Below are positions 18,713-28,039 of a stretch of DNA of 64,000 nucleotides, piece after piece. The notes below the pieces were generated by a model. That model did no database searches. It was not told the DNA's origin and saw only the letters and a list, made by a program, of their open reading frames with translations. The DNA is from Bacteriovoracia bacterium (lineage in GTDB: Bacteria > Bdellovibrionota > UBA1018 > JBFWNL01), in assembly GCA_050251055.1 (NCBI GenBank), contig JBFWNL010000003.1, positions 1-64,000 on the forward strand. The letters are read 5' to 3'. The first letter of the stretch is position 1, and each line of letters starts with the position of its first letter. Both the position numbers and the translations under genes were made by a program.

Positions 18713-19881
18713 TCGCGGAACGCGTTGACGTTTACACCCACGACCGGCCAGGTTTCGGCCTTGGCTTGGTTCTTTAGGTAACTACCGAGCGGAATATTCT
18801 TGATGCCATCATTGGCCGCCGCATGCACGAAGTAAGGCACTTTGCCTCGATAGATGACAAATCCCTGATGAGAGACGAGCAGCGGCCGCCGGCTATCCGC
18901 CCGATGCACGATATTGAGTACCGAGCCTTCGGGCAGGCGACTCATATATGCTTCCGCGTTTTCGAGGGGGAGATAGGGAAACTGCACTTCGACGTCTCGC
19001 TGCCAGCTGGTCCCGTCCACCGAAGCCACGGAGCGGTCCACCGCGCCGGCCTCCACCTTACCGCGGGCAATCTGTTTCTCAAGCCAACGACGCTTGGAGA
19101 TGACCTTTGTCTCGCGCTGAAACACGATCTGGGCCTGCGCTGCCGTATCTTCTGTCGTATCCCGCAGGACGCCGGCTTTCACGTTATTGGGAATCCAGTC
19201 AATTTCCGGAAAGTGGTTCCGTCCCATGAAATCGGTGGCACTGCCGTAGCGGATCTGCAAGAGGTTCGCGTAAAAGTCGAGTGGCGTGCGCGAACGCGCG
19301 AGCGCGCCGACGGTTTCCACGTACGTCGTGCAATCAAACTGGGCCGGTACGAGCGGCGCGGAATCGGCGATCTTCGGCGCCCCCGCAATGCCGCGCAACG
19401 CGGTGACGGCATCGACGTCGGTGCGAAGCCAATCCGCCCAATACGCGATGCGGGCCCCGAGCTCGAGCTGGGTGGCACGCGCGAACTGCGCCGAGAGATC
19501 GATATTCGCGCGGTTCACCTGTTCGGTTACGGGCGCGCTCGGCTCCGGGGTCCCTGCGGTTTCTGAGGGGCGCTCATACTGGGCGCTGAGCTTCGCCATC
19601 ATCGAGAACGTCACGGCAAAGAGCGCGAGTCCCATTCCGCTGAGGACGAGCTCCTTCCAACGCGAGATGCGGTTACGCCAAACTTTCGAATCTGGCGGCG
19701 TGATCGTTACGGTCGGCGGCGCGGCTCGGCGCGTCTTTCCGGCTTTAGCCGCCGTTTTCACGGCCGATTTCGCGGTCTTTGGGGCGGTACGCCGCTTGGG
19801 TGCCGCCCGCTTCGCTTTCGGGGTCCGCGCGGTGCGCGCCGTGGTTTTTGCCGTCTTCTGCTTTCGAGTAGTTGAAGCCAT
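18709..19881 (-). CDS. DUF1460/NlpC-P60-like peptidoglycan amidase with K/A/R-rich N-terminus and TM anchor
   Basis: FDCTTYVE, RNHF..DW, VSHQGF, FVHAA. Confidence 0.85.
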   Translation of the reverse strand: MASTTRKQKTAKTTARTARTPKAKRAAPKRRTAPKTAKSAVKTAAKAGKTRRAAPPTVTITPPDSKVWRNRISRWKELVLSGMGLALFAVTFSMMAKLSAQYERPSETAGTPEPSAPVTEQVNRANIDLSAQFARATQLELGARIAYWADWLRTDVDAVTALRGIAGAPKIADSAPLVPAQFDCTTYVETVGALARSRTPLDFYANLLQIRYGSATDFMGRNHFPEIDWIPNNVKAGVLRDTTEDTAAQAQIVFQRETKVISKRRWLEKQIARGKVEAGAVDRSVASVDGTSWQRDVEVQFPYLPLENAEAYMSRLPEGSVLNIVHRADSRRPLLVSHQGFVIYRGKVPYFVHAAANDGIKNIPLGSYLKNQAKAETWPVVGVNVNAFRD

Positions 19882-19965
19882 AGGGGTCTCCCGTGACTCT
19901 TTTCGGTAAGTGTCGGGGAAAACCCAAGGGCTTAGGTCGTCAGTGAATTGGCGGACTTTCGCGAA

Positions 19966-20559
19966 TTAATCGCGAACGCTTTCGTAAACCGGTTCGGCTT
20001 CCCCTGCCCGCCCACTGGCCAGGTACGGCATCACGCACCGGTGGGCCATGAGCGCGCGCTCGATGTTCCCGCGGACCTTACCAATCTCCGCCTGCTTGCT
20101 ATCCGCCCGCTTCGCCGAATCCGGACCGGGTTCGTAAACCGCGAAGTAACCCGCCACCAGTCGAAAATACGCTTCCGTGGCGCGGTTCTTTTGGTAGCGC
20201 TTCAGATACTCGGCACACACCGGGCGATCATCCTTCGTATTCAGGGCGCGCACGACTTCCATCTGCCGATCATAGGCGTCCAAGGCCTGCTCCAACGCTT
20301 CGAGCTCAAGCGTGAGGCGCTGCTCCTGCTTGAACTGCCAAGTCTTGGCCAGACGCTCCTCGCACTTTTGCCGAGGGGATGTCTTCACGCAAGCTTCCAT
20401 CCAGTCAAAACGCCAATCGGCGAGTTCAAACAAACGGCTGTCCAGGAAGCTAATCCGGGAGGTGACGACGGGAGCCGCCATCCAAGGATTCACGTCACCG
20501 GCATTCGCGAAACCCGCGAAGCCCACCCCAGCCAAGGCCATCCAAACCAGTTTTTTCAT
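19966..20559 (-). CDS. Secreted helical hypothetical protein
   Basis: Signal peptide MKKLVW...ANA; RBS AAGGGG. Confidence 0.75.
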   Translation of the reverse strand: MKKLVWMALAGVGFAGFANAGDVNPWMAAPVVTSRISFLDSRLFELADWRFDWMEACVKTSPRQKCEERLAKTWQFKQEQRLTLELEALEQALDAYDRQMEVVRALNTKDDRPVCAEYLKRYQKNRATEAYFRLVAGYFAVYEPGPDSAKRADSKQAEIGKVRGNIERALMAHRCVMPYLASGRAGEAEPVYESVRD

Positions 20560-20642
20560 GTATTTTCCCCTTAAAGAAGGGGGCTATGGCAACGCGTACC
20601 AGTTGTCAATCCAACAGTCTTGGTGTTAAGGTCCCTCACCTT

Positions 20643-20789
20643 ATGGGAAAAAGACTCAGAGCTAAACACACGAAATCTCGCAAAGACAAAGCCACCGCTT
20701 ATAAGGCCGGCAATGGCCCCGCGCGCCACAAGATCGCCAAGGAGCGCGCCAAGAAAGCTTTGTTCCGCAAAAACAATCCGATGGTTTAA
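20643..20789 (+). CDS. 48-aa highly basic small protein
   Basis: MGKRLRAKHTKSRKDKATAYKAGNGPARHKIAKERAKKALFRKNNPMV; upstream TTGTCA-18-TAAGGT promoter. Confidence 0.65.
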   Translation: MGKRLRAKHTKSRKDKATAYKAGNGPARHKIAKERAKKALFRKNNPMV

Positions 20790-20882
20790 AGCAGTCGCTC
20801 CCGGCTTCCGGGATCGTCTCGCCCACCTTCAAAATTTTTGCTTCGGATCCCGCGGCGCGAACCGGCTAGCGGTCACTACCGA

Positions 20883-21206
20883 CTAAACGACGCCTTCGAG
20901 CATCTGCTTGAGCTGACCGGACTCGTAAAGCTCCATCAAATCATCCGACCCACCCACGAGCTGGCCCTTGATATAGACCTGCGGGTAAGTGAAGAACTCG
21001 GAATACTGCTTCACGGCCTCGCGCATCTCTTGGTCTGATAAGATATCGAAGTGACTGAGCTTATCCGCCGTCACGCCCGAGGCCTGCAAGATCTGGCAAG
21101 CCCGCGACGAAAACCCGCACTGGGGTTCGTTCGGCGACCCCTTCATGAAAATATGCACGGGCTTGGATTGAATCAGTTGTTCGATCTTCTGGTTGATGTC
21201 ACCCAT
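20883..21206 (-). CDS. grxD: Monothiol glutaredoxin Grx4
   Basis: FMKGSP..PQCGFS, TYPQVYIKG.LVGGSD. Confidence 0.95.
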   Translation of the reverse strand: MGDINQKIEQLIQSKPVHIFMKGSPNEPQCGFSSRACQILQASGVTADKLSHFDILSDQEMREAVKQYSEFFTYPQVYIKGQLVGGSDDLMELYESGQLKQMLEGVV

Positions 21207-21453
21207 GGGGGCTTCCTTTCGCCTGCGCCGGCGTAAGCGCGGTGATCGTGAGGGCATGAAGCTCCCCGGAAAGCAGCTCCGGCTTCACCAATCCCTGCAC
21301 CATTTTCTTTTGTTCCAGCGGGAGCTTCCCCTCGAACGCGCTCGACACGATCCGCACCTCGTAGTGGTCCTGGGTGCCGGTCTGGTCGATGACGGAAACC
21401 TGGGCATCGGTGGCCAAGGCTTCCAGGCGTTTTTTGAGTTGCTCCGGCGTCAT
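21199..21453 (-). CDS. BolA family protein
   Basis: DHYEVRIVSSAFEGK, LHALTI; overlaps grxD start. Confidence 0.92.
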   Translation of the reverse strand: MTPEQLKKRLEALATDAQVSVIDQTGTQDHYEVRIVSSAFEGKLPLEQKKMVQGLVKPELLSGELHALTITALTPAQAKGSPHG

Positions 21454-21554
21454 AGATAAGTCCAGGTCATACCTCAGGACCGGATGCCGGGGCAAGGGGC
21501 GAAGCCCGGGTAAAAAATCGCTAAAAATCGATGGAAAGGGCGAAAATACCGCGG

Positions 21555-22631
21555 CTACTTAGCGGCCGAGCCACCGAGACTGAATCCCTCGCCTACGACC
21601 GTAAAGCCTCCGCCCAACGAGCCTTCGCCCAGCGTCGCTTCTTCCGGCTTCCCGCCGCTCGTCGTTCCGCCACCCGCGACCGTGGTCGTTGCCGCCGGGA
21701 CACCCGTGGAACCCGCCGAGCCCGAAAGGGAGAGGGGCTGAGCCGCGGCGATCGAATAAACCGGGATCTTCTCTTCGCTCAAGCCCTGGCATTGCTTGAC
21801 GCTGCCAACGGTGACCATGCTGCCGCCCAAAACTTTGCAAATCGCATTGGGTTTATCGATCGTCGCCGCCGCTTCGGACTCCGGCTTGATCGCGTCGGCA
21901 ACCGCCGCCAGCGTAGCCACACTGGTGGTGGGCTCAATCTTCGTCACGACGGGCTGGCCCGTTGGCTTCGGAAACGTACAATTGTAATCCGTGACGCCGC
22001 CCGCGCCGACCACGGTCGAGAACGCGCCACCGGCACCCGCGCATTTGATGGCGGCTTGAATGTCCGGAGAGTTCGGGTCAAAAGGTTGGGGATTGGCGGG
22101 GTTCTGAGCCGCGGCAGCCGAACCTTGGCAACCCGTGATTTCATTCGCGCCATTCATGAAAGCCGTCACGGGAAAGTTCATGGTCCGCGTGGGCGATCCA
22201 TAGTAGGAGCCTGGCCGCTTGGTTTCTGTCACCCGAAAATTCACCATCGCCGTGCCTACGCCCAGAGGAGTCACGCTCGAAATCTGTGCGTCGCTCAACG
22301 TCTCATTCCCCAAGGCACGTCCTTGGTTCACGAGCATCTGGCCCACGGAGGCCAGATCGCGGAAGCTCACCTGAGTACCCACGACAGCGGGGATCGCCGT
22401 TTGGCCCGCGGCCGGCGCGAGAGTCTGACCGCAGGAAGCAAGCGTGCTCATCTGGGTATAAACCTGGTTCATCAACGCCATCCGATCGGCATCCGTCACC
22501 ATCTGCATGCGCATCTTGTCGGAGCTACTGCCAATGCTCATCACGGCCATGGACATAATCGCGACCATCAGCAGACCGATCATGCCTTGAAGCAAGCCGA
22601 AGCCATCCTGGTTTTGAATCAACTTTTTCAT
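21555..22631 (-). CDS. Type IV pilin-like/pseudopilin protein
   Basis: Class III signal MKKLIQNQDG|FGLLQGMIGLLMVAIM; Cys pairs; Gly/Thr-rich tail. Confidence 0.75.
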   Translation of the reverse strand: MKKLIQNQDGFGLLQGMIGLLMVAIMSMAVMSIGSSSDKMRMQMVTDADRMALMNQVYTQMSTLASCGQTLAPAAGQTAIPAVVGTQVSFRDLASVGQMLVNQGRALGNETLSDAQISSVTPLGVGTAMVNFRVTETKRPGSYYGSPTRTMNFPVTAFMNGANEITGCQGSAAAAQNPANPQPFDPNSPDIQAAIKCAGAGGAFSTVVGAGGVTDYNCTFPKPTGQPVVTKIEPTTSVATLAAVADAIKPESEAAATIDKPNAICKVLGGSMVTVGSVKQCQGLSEEKIPVYSIAAAQPLSLSGSAGSTGVPAATTTVAGGGTTSGGKPEEATLGEGSLGGGFTVVGEGFSLGGSAAK

Positions 22632-22697
22632 GAATCTGACCCTCTCCAAAAACGTTCAGCAATTAGGTCCGAGTTAAGATATTTTGTTAAGATTATC

Positions 22698-22717
22698 TGA
22701 CTTTATGAATAAAGTCA
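22698..22717. promoter_or_regulatory. Palindromic operator candidate TGACTTTAT-GA-ATAAAGTCA
   Basis: Perfect 9-bp arms in the AT-rich region upstream of the pilin-like gene. Confidence 0.55.
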
Positions 22718-22771
22718 AACAAAACAACGCATCACGACACAGTATAAATCAAATAATATCAATAGACTAGG

Positions 22772-23494
22772 TCAAACCCCAACCTGAGGACAGGTCTGAG
22801 ATAGTGTACACGCCCCACACCGGGGGCCTCTCGCCATACACACCGCTCGGCCGTGATCAATCAATAGATGAGAGAAGATCACCCAGTCCTGGCGCGGGAC
22901 CACCTCCATCAGGGCATGCTCCACCTTCACCGGGTCGAGCTCTTTTGTGAATCCCAGGCGCCTCGAGATACGGCCGACGTGCGTGTCAACCACCAACCCT
23001 GGAATTCCAAACGCATTACCCAGGATCACGTTGCCGGTCTTGCGACCCACGCCCCGTAGAGCCGTAAGCTCGTCGAGCGTACGGGGAACCTCCCCACCAT
23101 GCCGGTCGCGCACGGCACGCGCCATCTCCCGAATAGAGAGCGCCTTGTTTTTATAGAACCCAGTCGTGCGAATGAGCGCCTCGATATCCTCAAGCTTCGC
23201 CTCCGCGAACGCTCGCGCGTCGGGGTAGCGCGCGAAAAGATCAGGCACGACCAGATTCACGCGCTTATCCGTGCACTGGGCGGAGAGAATCGTCGCCACG
23301 AGCAGCTGAAAGGGCGAGTTGAAAATCAGGCTGCATTTTGAATCGGGGTAAAGGCGTTTGAGCTCCTTGAGCACGACGAGCATGCGAGCCCGCATTTGCT
23401 CGGGCGTCTCGCGCTTCGCGCCCGACTTCTTCGCCACTCGCGCCTTGGCCGCGGGCTTACGATTCGGTTTGGCCTTTAAGCGCGCTTTAGCCAT
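22772..23494 (-). CDS. nth: Endonuclease III
   Basis: LLVATILSAQCTDKRVN, HhH LRGVGRKTGNV, VDTHV, CX6CX2CX5C. Confidence 0.97.
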   Translation of the reverse strand: MAKARLKAKPNRKPAAKARVAKKSGAKRETPEQMRARMLVVLKELKRLYPDSKCSLIFNSPFQLLVATILSAQCTDKRVNLVVPDLFARYPDARAFAEAKLEDIEALIRTTGFYKNKALSIREMARAVRDRHGGEVPRTLDELTALRGVGRKTGNVILGNAFGIPGLVVDTHVGRISRRLGFTKELDPVKVEHALMEVVPRQDWVIFSHLLIDHGRAVCMARGPRCGACTLSQTCPQVGV

Positions 23495-25158
23495 CGGCCA
23501 ACATCCTTCGCCGAGCGGGCGTTCACGACGAGCGAAGCCGGCAGGAGTGCCTTGCGCGCGACCGCGACTCCATAGCGCGTGTCCGCAAGCCCCGCCACTT
23601 CGTGCGCATCCGGATTCACCGAAACGAGTGTCTCGTGCGCGCGTAGCTGCGGCCCAAAGCGCCAATCGATATCGAGCCGGGCCGGATTCGCATTGATTTC
23701 AATCGCTACATCCCGCTTAGCGCATTCCGCGATCACCGCTTCCATGTCGAGATCAAAACCCGCCCGACCCAAAAGCAGTCGACCGGTAAGGTGCCCCAAG
23801 AATCGTGTCGCGGGATGCCGCACGGCCTTCAGCACGCGCTCGGTCATGGCCTTGCGATCCATCTGGAAGCGCGAATGAATCGAGGCGACGACGAAATCAA
23901 AAGCGGCCAGGGTCTTCTCGTCGTAATCCAGGCCGCCATCGGCCAAGATGTCGCTCTCCACGCCCCAAAAGATCTCGATGTCGTCGTACTTCTCGCGAAC
24001 GGCGTCGATCTCCTTGCGCTGCTTTTTGAGCGCGTCGGTTTTCAAGCCTTGGGCATAAAACGCGCTCTGGCTGTGATCGGAGATGCCGATGTACTTGAAC
24101 CCCAGTTTGCGCGCGCCTTCGACCATCTCAGCAATCGTGTTCACGCCGTCGGAATACGTGGAGTGATTATGGAAGACGCCTTGGACCCCGTCCCAGGCCA
24201 AAATCGCCTCGAGCTTCCCCTTTTTGGCGAGTTCGACTTCCTCCCCGCTTTCGCGCATTTCGGGGCCGATCCAGGGCAGTTCGATTTTCTTATAAAAATC
24301 CGTTTCGCTCGCGGCCGCGAAAGATTTGGGAGCGCCCAACTTCTTCCAATGCGCTTCGGTGGCGGTAGTGCGCGCGAGCTCATACCCATAACGATCGGCC
24401 TCGGCGAAAGCGAGCTTCACCGGCACGGGCTGCTTCTCGTGACCACCCAACTCGGCGGCCAGCTTTTCCAGCTTTTCTCGGACGGCCGCGGCTCCCTTTT
24501 CGGGCAGGCGGACCAAATACTCGAGCGCTTCCACTACCTCGAGTTCGCGTCGATAGGCCCCCGTAGCGGAGAATGCCTCGGCGCCGGATTTTGCCTCGGC
24601 TTTTATGCCCAGTTTATCCAAAGCTTTCTTCAACGCCGGCTCTACTTCGGCCGCCCCCGCGCGCGCGACATCCAGGCGGAACTGTCCGCGGGTGGAGTTC
24701 AAAAACTGGATCTGCTCCAAGACTTTCTGCTGCAATTTTTCGCCGAAACCCTTGAGCTTCAGCAGGCGGTTCTCCCGGCAGGCGTACTCCAGCTCGGAGA
24801 TCGTTTGGATTCCCAGCTCGTCGATCAGGAGCTGCGCCTTTTTGGGACCCAAACCGCGTACGCGTACTAACTCCAATAGCGCCGGTGAGATCTTGCTCTT
24901 CACGGCGTCGAGCTGCGGAGTGACGTCTTTGACGAAATAGTCGGTCAGGACTTCGGCGATGCCCTTGCCGATGCCCGCGATCTCCGTGAGCGTTCCCGCG
25001 CGCGCCCGCGCGGCCAGGTCCTTCACTCCACCGACCGTCGCCGCGGCCTTCTCAAACGCGCGCACTTTGAACGGATTCTCGCCGGCCAGACTCATCAGCT
25101 CGCCCATCTCAGTCAGTAACGACGCGGCTTGTTCAGGAGTAGGTTCGGGTTTCGCCAT
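23476..25158 (-). CDS. polX: DNA polymerase X / PHP exonuclease (polymerase site degenerate)
   Basis: GENPFKVRAF, GIGKG, GLGPKK, GFGEK; PHP motifs HNHSTYSDG, SDHS, GVESDI, NPDAH. Confidence 0.92.
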   Translation of the reverse strand: MAKPEPTPEQAASLLTEMGELMSLAGENPFKVRAFEKAAATVGGVKDLAARARAGTLTEIAGIGKGIAEVLTDYFVKDVTPQLDAVKSKISPALLELVRVRGLGPKKAQLLIDELGIQTISELEYACRENRLLKLKGFGEKLQQKVLEQIQFLNSTRGQFRLDVARAGAAEVEPALKKALDKLGIKAEAKSGAEAFSATGAYRRELEVVEALEYLVRLPEKGAAAVREKLEKLAAELGGHEKQPVPVKLAFAEADRYGYELARTTATEAHWKKLGAPKSFAAASETDFYKKIELPWIGPEMRESGEEVELAKKGKLEAILAWDGVQGVFHNHSTYSDGVNTIAEMVEGARKLGFKYIGISDHSQSAFYAQGLKTDALKKQRKEIDAVREKYDDIEIFWGVESDILADGGLDYDEKTLAAFDFVVASIHSRFQMDRKAMTERVLKAVRHPATRFLGHLTGRLLLGRAGFDLDMEAVIAECAKRDVAIEINANPARLDIDWRFGPQLRAHETLVSVNPDAHEVAGLADTRYGVAVARKALLPASLVVNARSAKDVGRWLKRA

Positions 25159-25186
25159 GTCCGCGTTATATGCTAGAAAGTCCCCA

Positions 25187-26344
25187 ATGGACAAGCACCT
25201 GCTCTTCGACATCCTCTCCCAGCCCACCGCCCCGTACCGCGAGCGTCACGTCATCCGCGTCATCATGCGCGCCCTCCAGAAACGCGGCGTCCCCCACTTC
25301 CAGGACCCGGTGGGTAACATCATTATAGGAGTGAAGTCCCGGGCGGAGTACCTGGCCCGAATCCAAAAGAAAACGAAGGAACCGGTGCGCGTTTTCATCG
25401 CGCATCTGGATCACCCCGGCTTCCACGGCGTGAAGTGGGTCACGAAGAAGCTCCTGGCGATCCAGTGGTACGGGGGCTCTCCCACGAAGCTTCTCAACGG
25501 CGCTGCGCTGTGGTCAGGGGATGCCCGCGGCTGGCTCAGCGAGGGCAAACTCGTACGTCCGAAAATGCACAAATCCGGCCGCTGGCTTGAGAAGGGCTTC
25601 ATCCAATTCAAAGACGAACAAACACGCGCGAAGCAGCCCGACGCCACGAAGATCTACGGCGGTTTCCGTTTTCGTGCGCCCGTTTGGGAGAAGAATCAGA
25701 TCCTCTATACGAAAGCCGCCGACGACCTCATCGGCGCGTTCGCCATCACGAGCGTCGGTCTCGATTTCAAGAAAATGAAGGGCGATCATTTCCTGGGCGT
25801 GCTCACGCGCGCGGAAGAAGTGGGCTTCATCGGCGCCATCGGCCATCTCGAATTGGGCTGGCTGCAAAAAGCGAAGCGCCCGGTGGTGGCGGTCAGCCTC
25901 GAAGCTTCGCGTACTCTGCCCGGCGCCAAGATCGGAGCGGGCCCGGTCGTGCGCCTTGGCGATCGCGCCACCGTCTTCAACCCGAACGCCCTCAAAGTGT
26001 TTGCGGGGGTCGCGGAAAAAGTTCTGCCGAAGAAGCACCAGAAGCGCGTGATGGACGGCGGAACTTGCGAGGCGACGGCGGCGACCGCGTACGGCTTCCC
26101 CGCCATCGGCATTTCCGTCCCCCTCGGCAACTATCACAACGAAAGCTACGAAGGCGGACCCGACTCGCGTGGCCATCGGGGCCCTGGCCCGGAGTTCGTG
26201 CACCTGAATGACATCGAAGGCATGCTCAAGCTCTGCCAGGCACTCGTAAAGCCGGGATTGCCGTGGGCGCAGCCCTGGGAGAAACAACGTCGGAAACTGA
26301 AGCAGAGCTTCCGGAAGTCGGCGCGGCTCTTGAAAAACATTTAG
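25187..26344 (+). CDS. M20/M28/M42-like Zn metallopeptidase
   Basis: IAHLDHPGF, AADDL.G, TRAEEVGFIGA, GGTCEA, NYHN. Confidence 0.85.
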   Translation: MDKHLLFDILSQPTAPYRERHVIRVIMRALQKRGVPHFQDPVGNIIIGVKSRAEYLARIQKKTKEPVRVFIAHLDHPGFHGVKWVTKKLLAIQWYGGSPTKLLNGAALWSGDARGWLSEGKLVRPKMHKSGRWLEKGFIQFKDEQTRAKQPDATKIYGGFRFRAPVWEKNQILYTKAADDLIGAFAITSVGLDFKKMKGDHFLGVLTRAEEVGFIGAIGHLELGWLQKAKRPVVAVSLEASRTLPGAKIGAGPVVRLGDRATVFNPNALKVFAGVAEKVLPKKHQKRVMDGGTCEATAATAYGFPAIGISVPLGNYHNESYEGGPDSRGHRGPGPEFVHLNDIEGMLKLCQALVKPGLPWAQPWEKQRRKLKQSFRKSARLLKNI

Positions 26345-26363
26345 CGCGGAAGGATATCCGAAC

Positions 26364-26957
26364 TTGAACCAGCTCAAGCGAATTTGCGTATTTTGCGGCT
26401 CGAGCCCCGGCGCGCAACCCGTCTACCTGGAAACCGCGAAGACGGTCGGCAAGCTCCTCGCCTCCGAAGGCATCGGCGTCGTCTATGGTGGCGCGAGCGT
26501 GGGCCTGATGGGCGCGGTCGCGGATGCCGCGCGCGAAGCCGGCGGCGAAGTCATCGGCGTAATCCCGAAGTTGCTGACGAATAAGGAAATCGCCCACCAG
26601 AATCTGAAAGACTTACGCGTGGTCGATTCCATGCACGAACGCAAAGCGCTCATGGCCGAGCTTTCCGACGGGTTCGTCGCTTTGCCCGGCGGCTTCGGCA
26701 CCTTCGAAGAGATCTGCGAGATCATCACCTGGTCCCAGTTGGGCCTGCATCGCAAGCCGGCGGGTCTCCTGAACGTGAATGGCTACTACAACGCCCTGAT
26801 CGAGCAATTCGACCAGGGCGTGCGCGAGCAATTCATTGCCCCGGTTTACCGGGACATGGTACTCAGCGCGTCAGAACCCCGGGAGTTATTGGCCAAAATG
26901 CGGAACTATCAGGCGCCTCCGACCCCGAAGTGGTTACGCAGTTCGTCGCAAACTTAG
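26364..26957 (+). CDS. LOG family phosphoribohydrolase (TIGR00730)
   Basis: CVFCGS, YGG..GLMG, MHERK, PGGFGTFEE. Confidence 0.95.
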   Translation: MNQLKRICVFCGSSPGAQPVYLETAKTVGKLLASEGIGVVYGGASVGLMGAVADAAREAGGEVIGVIPKLLTNKEIAHQNLKDLRVVDSMHERKALMAELSDGFVALPGGFGTFEEICEIITWSQLGLHRKPAGLLNVNGYYNALIEQFDQGVREQFIAPVYRDMVLSASEPRELLAKMRNYQAPPTPKWLRSSSQT

Positions 26958-26993
26958 GTTGAAAGCCCCTGAGCGCGGGAGTATATGATGCCC

Positions 26994-28022
26994 ATGGCAA
27001 ATCCCATCCGTATTGGCATCAATGGTTTCGGCCGCATTGGCCGTAAAATCGCGCGTTTGGCGCTCACCCGTAACGACGTCGAGATCGTCGGCATCAACGA
27101 CCTCTCCGACATGAAAACCCGGGCCCACCTGCTGAAGTACGACAGCGCCCACGGGATCTTCCCGCTGGACGTGAAGGTCGACGGCGACTTTCTGATCGTC
27201 AGCGGCGGCGGCGTCACCAAGAAGATCAAATGCACCTCCGAAAAAGATCCGACCGCGCTCCCCTGGGGTAGCTTGGGTGTGCAGTTCGCGCACGAATGCA
27301 CGGGCATCTTCACGAGTCAGGAAAAAGCCTCGCTGCACCTGAAGGCCGGCGCAAAGAAGGTCGTGATCTCGGCACCCGCCAAGGACAAGGAAACCCCGAC
27401 GTTTTGCATGGGCGTGAACGAGAAAGCGTACGATGGCGCGAAAGACCACGTGGTCTCCAACGCCTCCTGCACGACGAACTGCCTGGCCCCGCTCGTGAAG
27501 GTTTTGGATGATACCTTCGGCGTGAACCGCGGCATGATGACGACGGTGCATAGCTACACGAACGACCAAAATATTTTAGATCTGCCGCACTCGGATCCCC
27601 GTCGCGCGCGCGCGGCCGCGGTTTCGCAGATCCCCACCACGACTGGCGCCGCCAAGGCGATCGGTCTCGTGCTCCCGCACCTCAAGGGTAAACTCGACGG
27701 TTTCTCCGTGCGCGTGCCCACGCCGAACGTCTCGCTCGTGGACTTGACAGTGGAGTTGAAGAAAACCACCACTAAAGAAGAAATCCAGACCGCGTTCAAG
27801 AACGCAGCCAACGGCCCACTGAAAGGGATCCTGGGCTACACGACCGAGCCGCTCGTGTCGATTGACTATAACGGCAACCTCGCGAGCTCGACCGTCGACG
27901 GCGATCTCACGAACGTGATCGACGGCAACCTGGCCAAGGTCGTTTCCTGGTATGACAACGAATCGGGTTTTTCGGCGCGCATGATCGACCTCACGCTCTG
28001 GATGGCCCGCCAGGGACTGTAA
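26994..28022 (+). CDS. gap: Glyceraldehyde-3-phosphate dehydrogenase
   Basis: GINGFGRIG, SNASCTTNCLAP, WYDNE. Confidence 0.98.
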   Translation: MANPIRIGINGFGRIGRKIARLALTRNDVEIVGINDLSDMKTRAHLLKYDSAHGIFPLDVKVDGDFLIVSGGGVTKKIKCTSEKDPTALPWGSLGVQFAHECTGIFTSQEKASLHLKAGAKKVVISAPAKDKETPTFCMGVNEKAYDGAKDHVVSNASCTTNCLAPLVKVLDDTFGVNRGMMTTVHSYTNDQNILDLPHSDPRRARAAAVSQIPTTTGAAKAIGLVLPHLKGKLDGFSVRVPTPNVSLVDLTVELKKTTTKEEIQTAFKNAANGPLKGILGYTTEPLVSIDYNGNLASSTVDGDLTNVIDGNLAKVVSWYDNESGFSARMIDLTLWMARQGL

Positions 28023-28039
28023 GCGAGGACTATCGAAAA

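Noticed and set aside
21531-22700. Long antisense ORFs (389 aa here; also 16217-17392, 23791-24870, 47834-48916, 12116-12988)
   Set aside because: Shadow frames of well-supported opposite-strand genes in GC-rich DNA, with no recognisable motifs
23495-23665. N-terminal extensions in the ORF track (nth; also 24959-25186, 34799-34954, 41097-41192, 59145-59228)
   Set aside because: They overlap neighbouring genes or promoters; downstream starts fit homology or signal peptides
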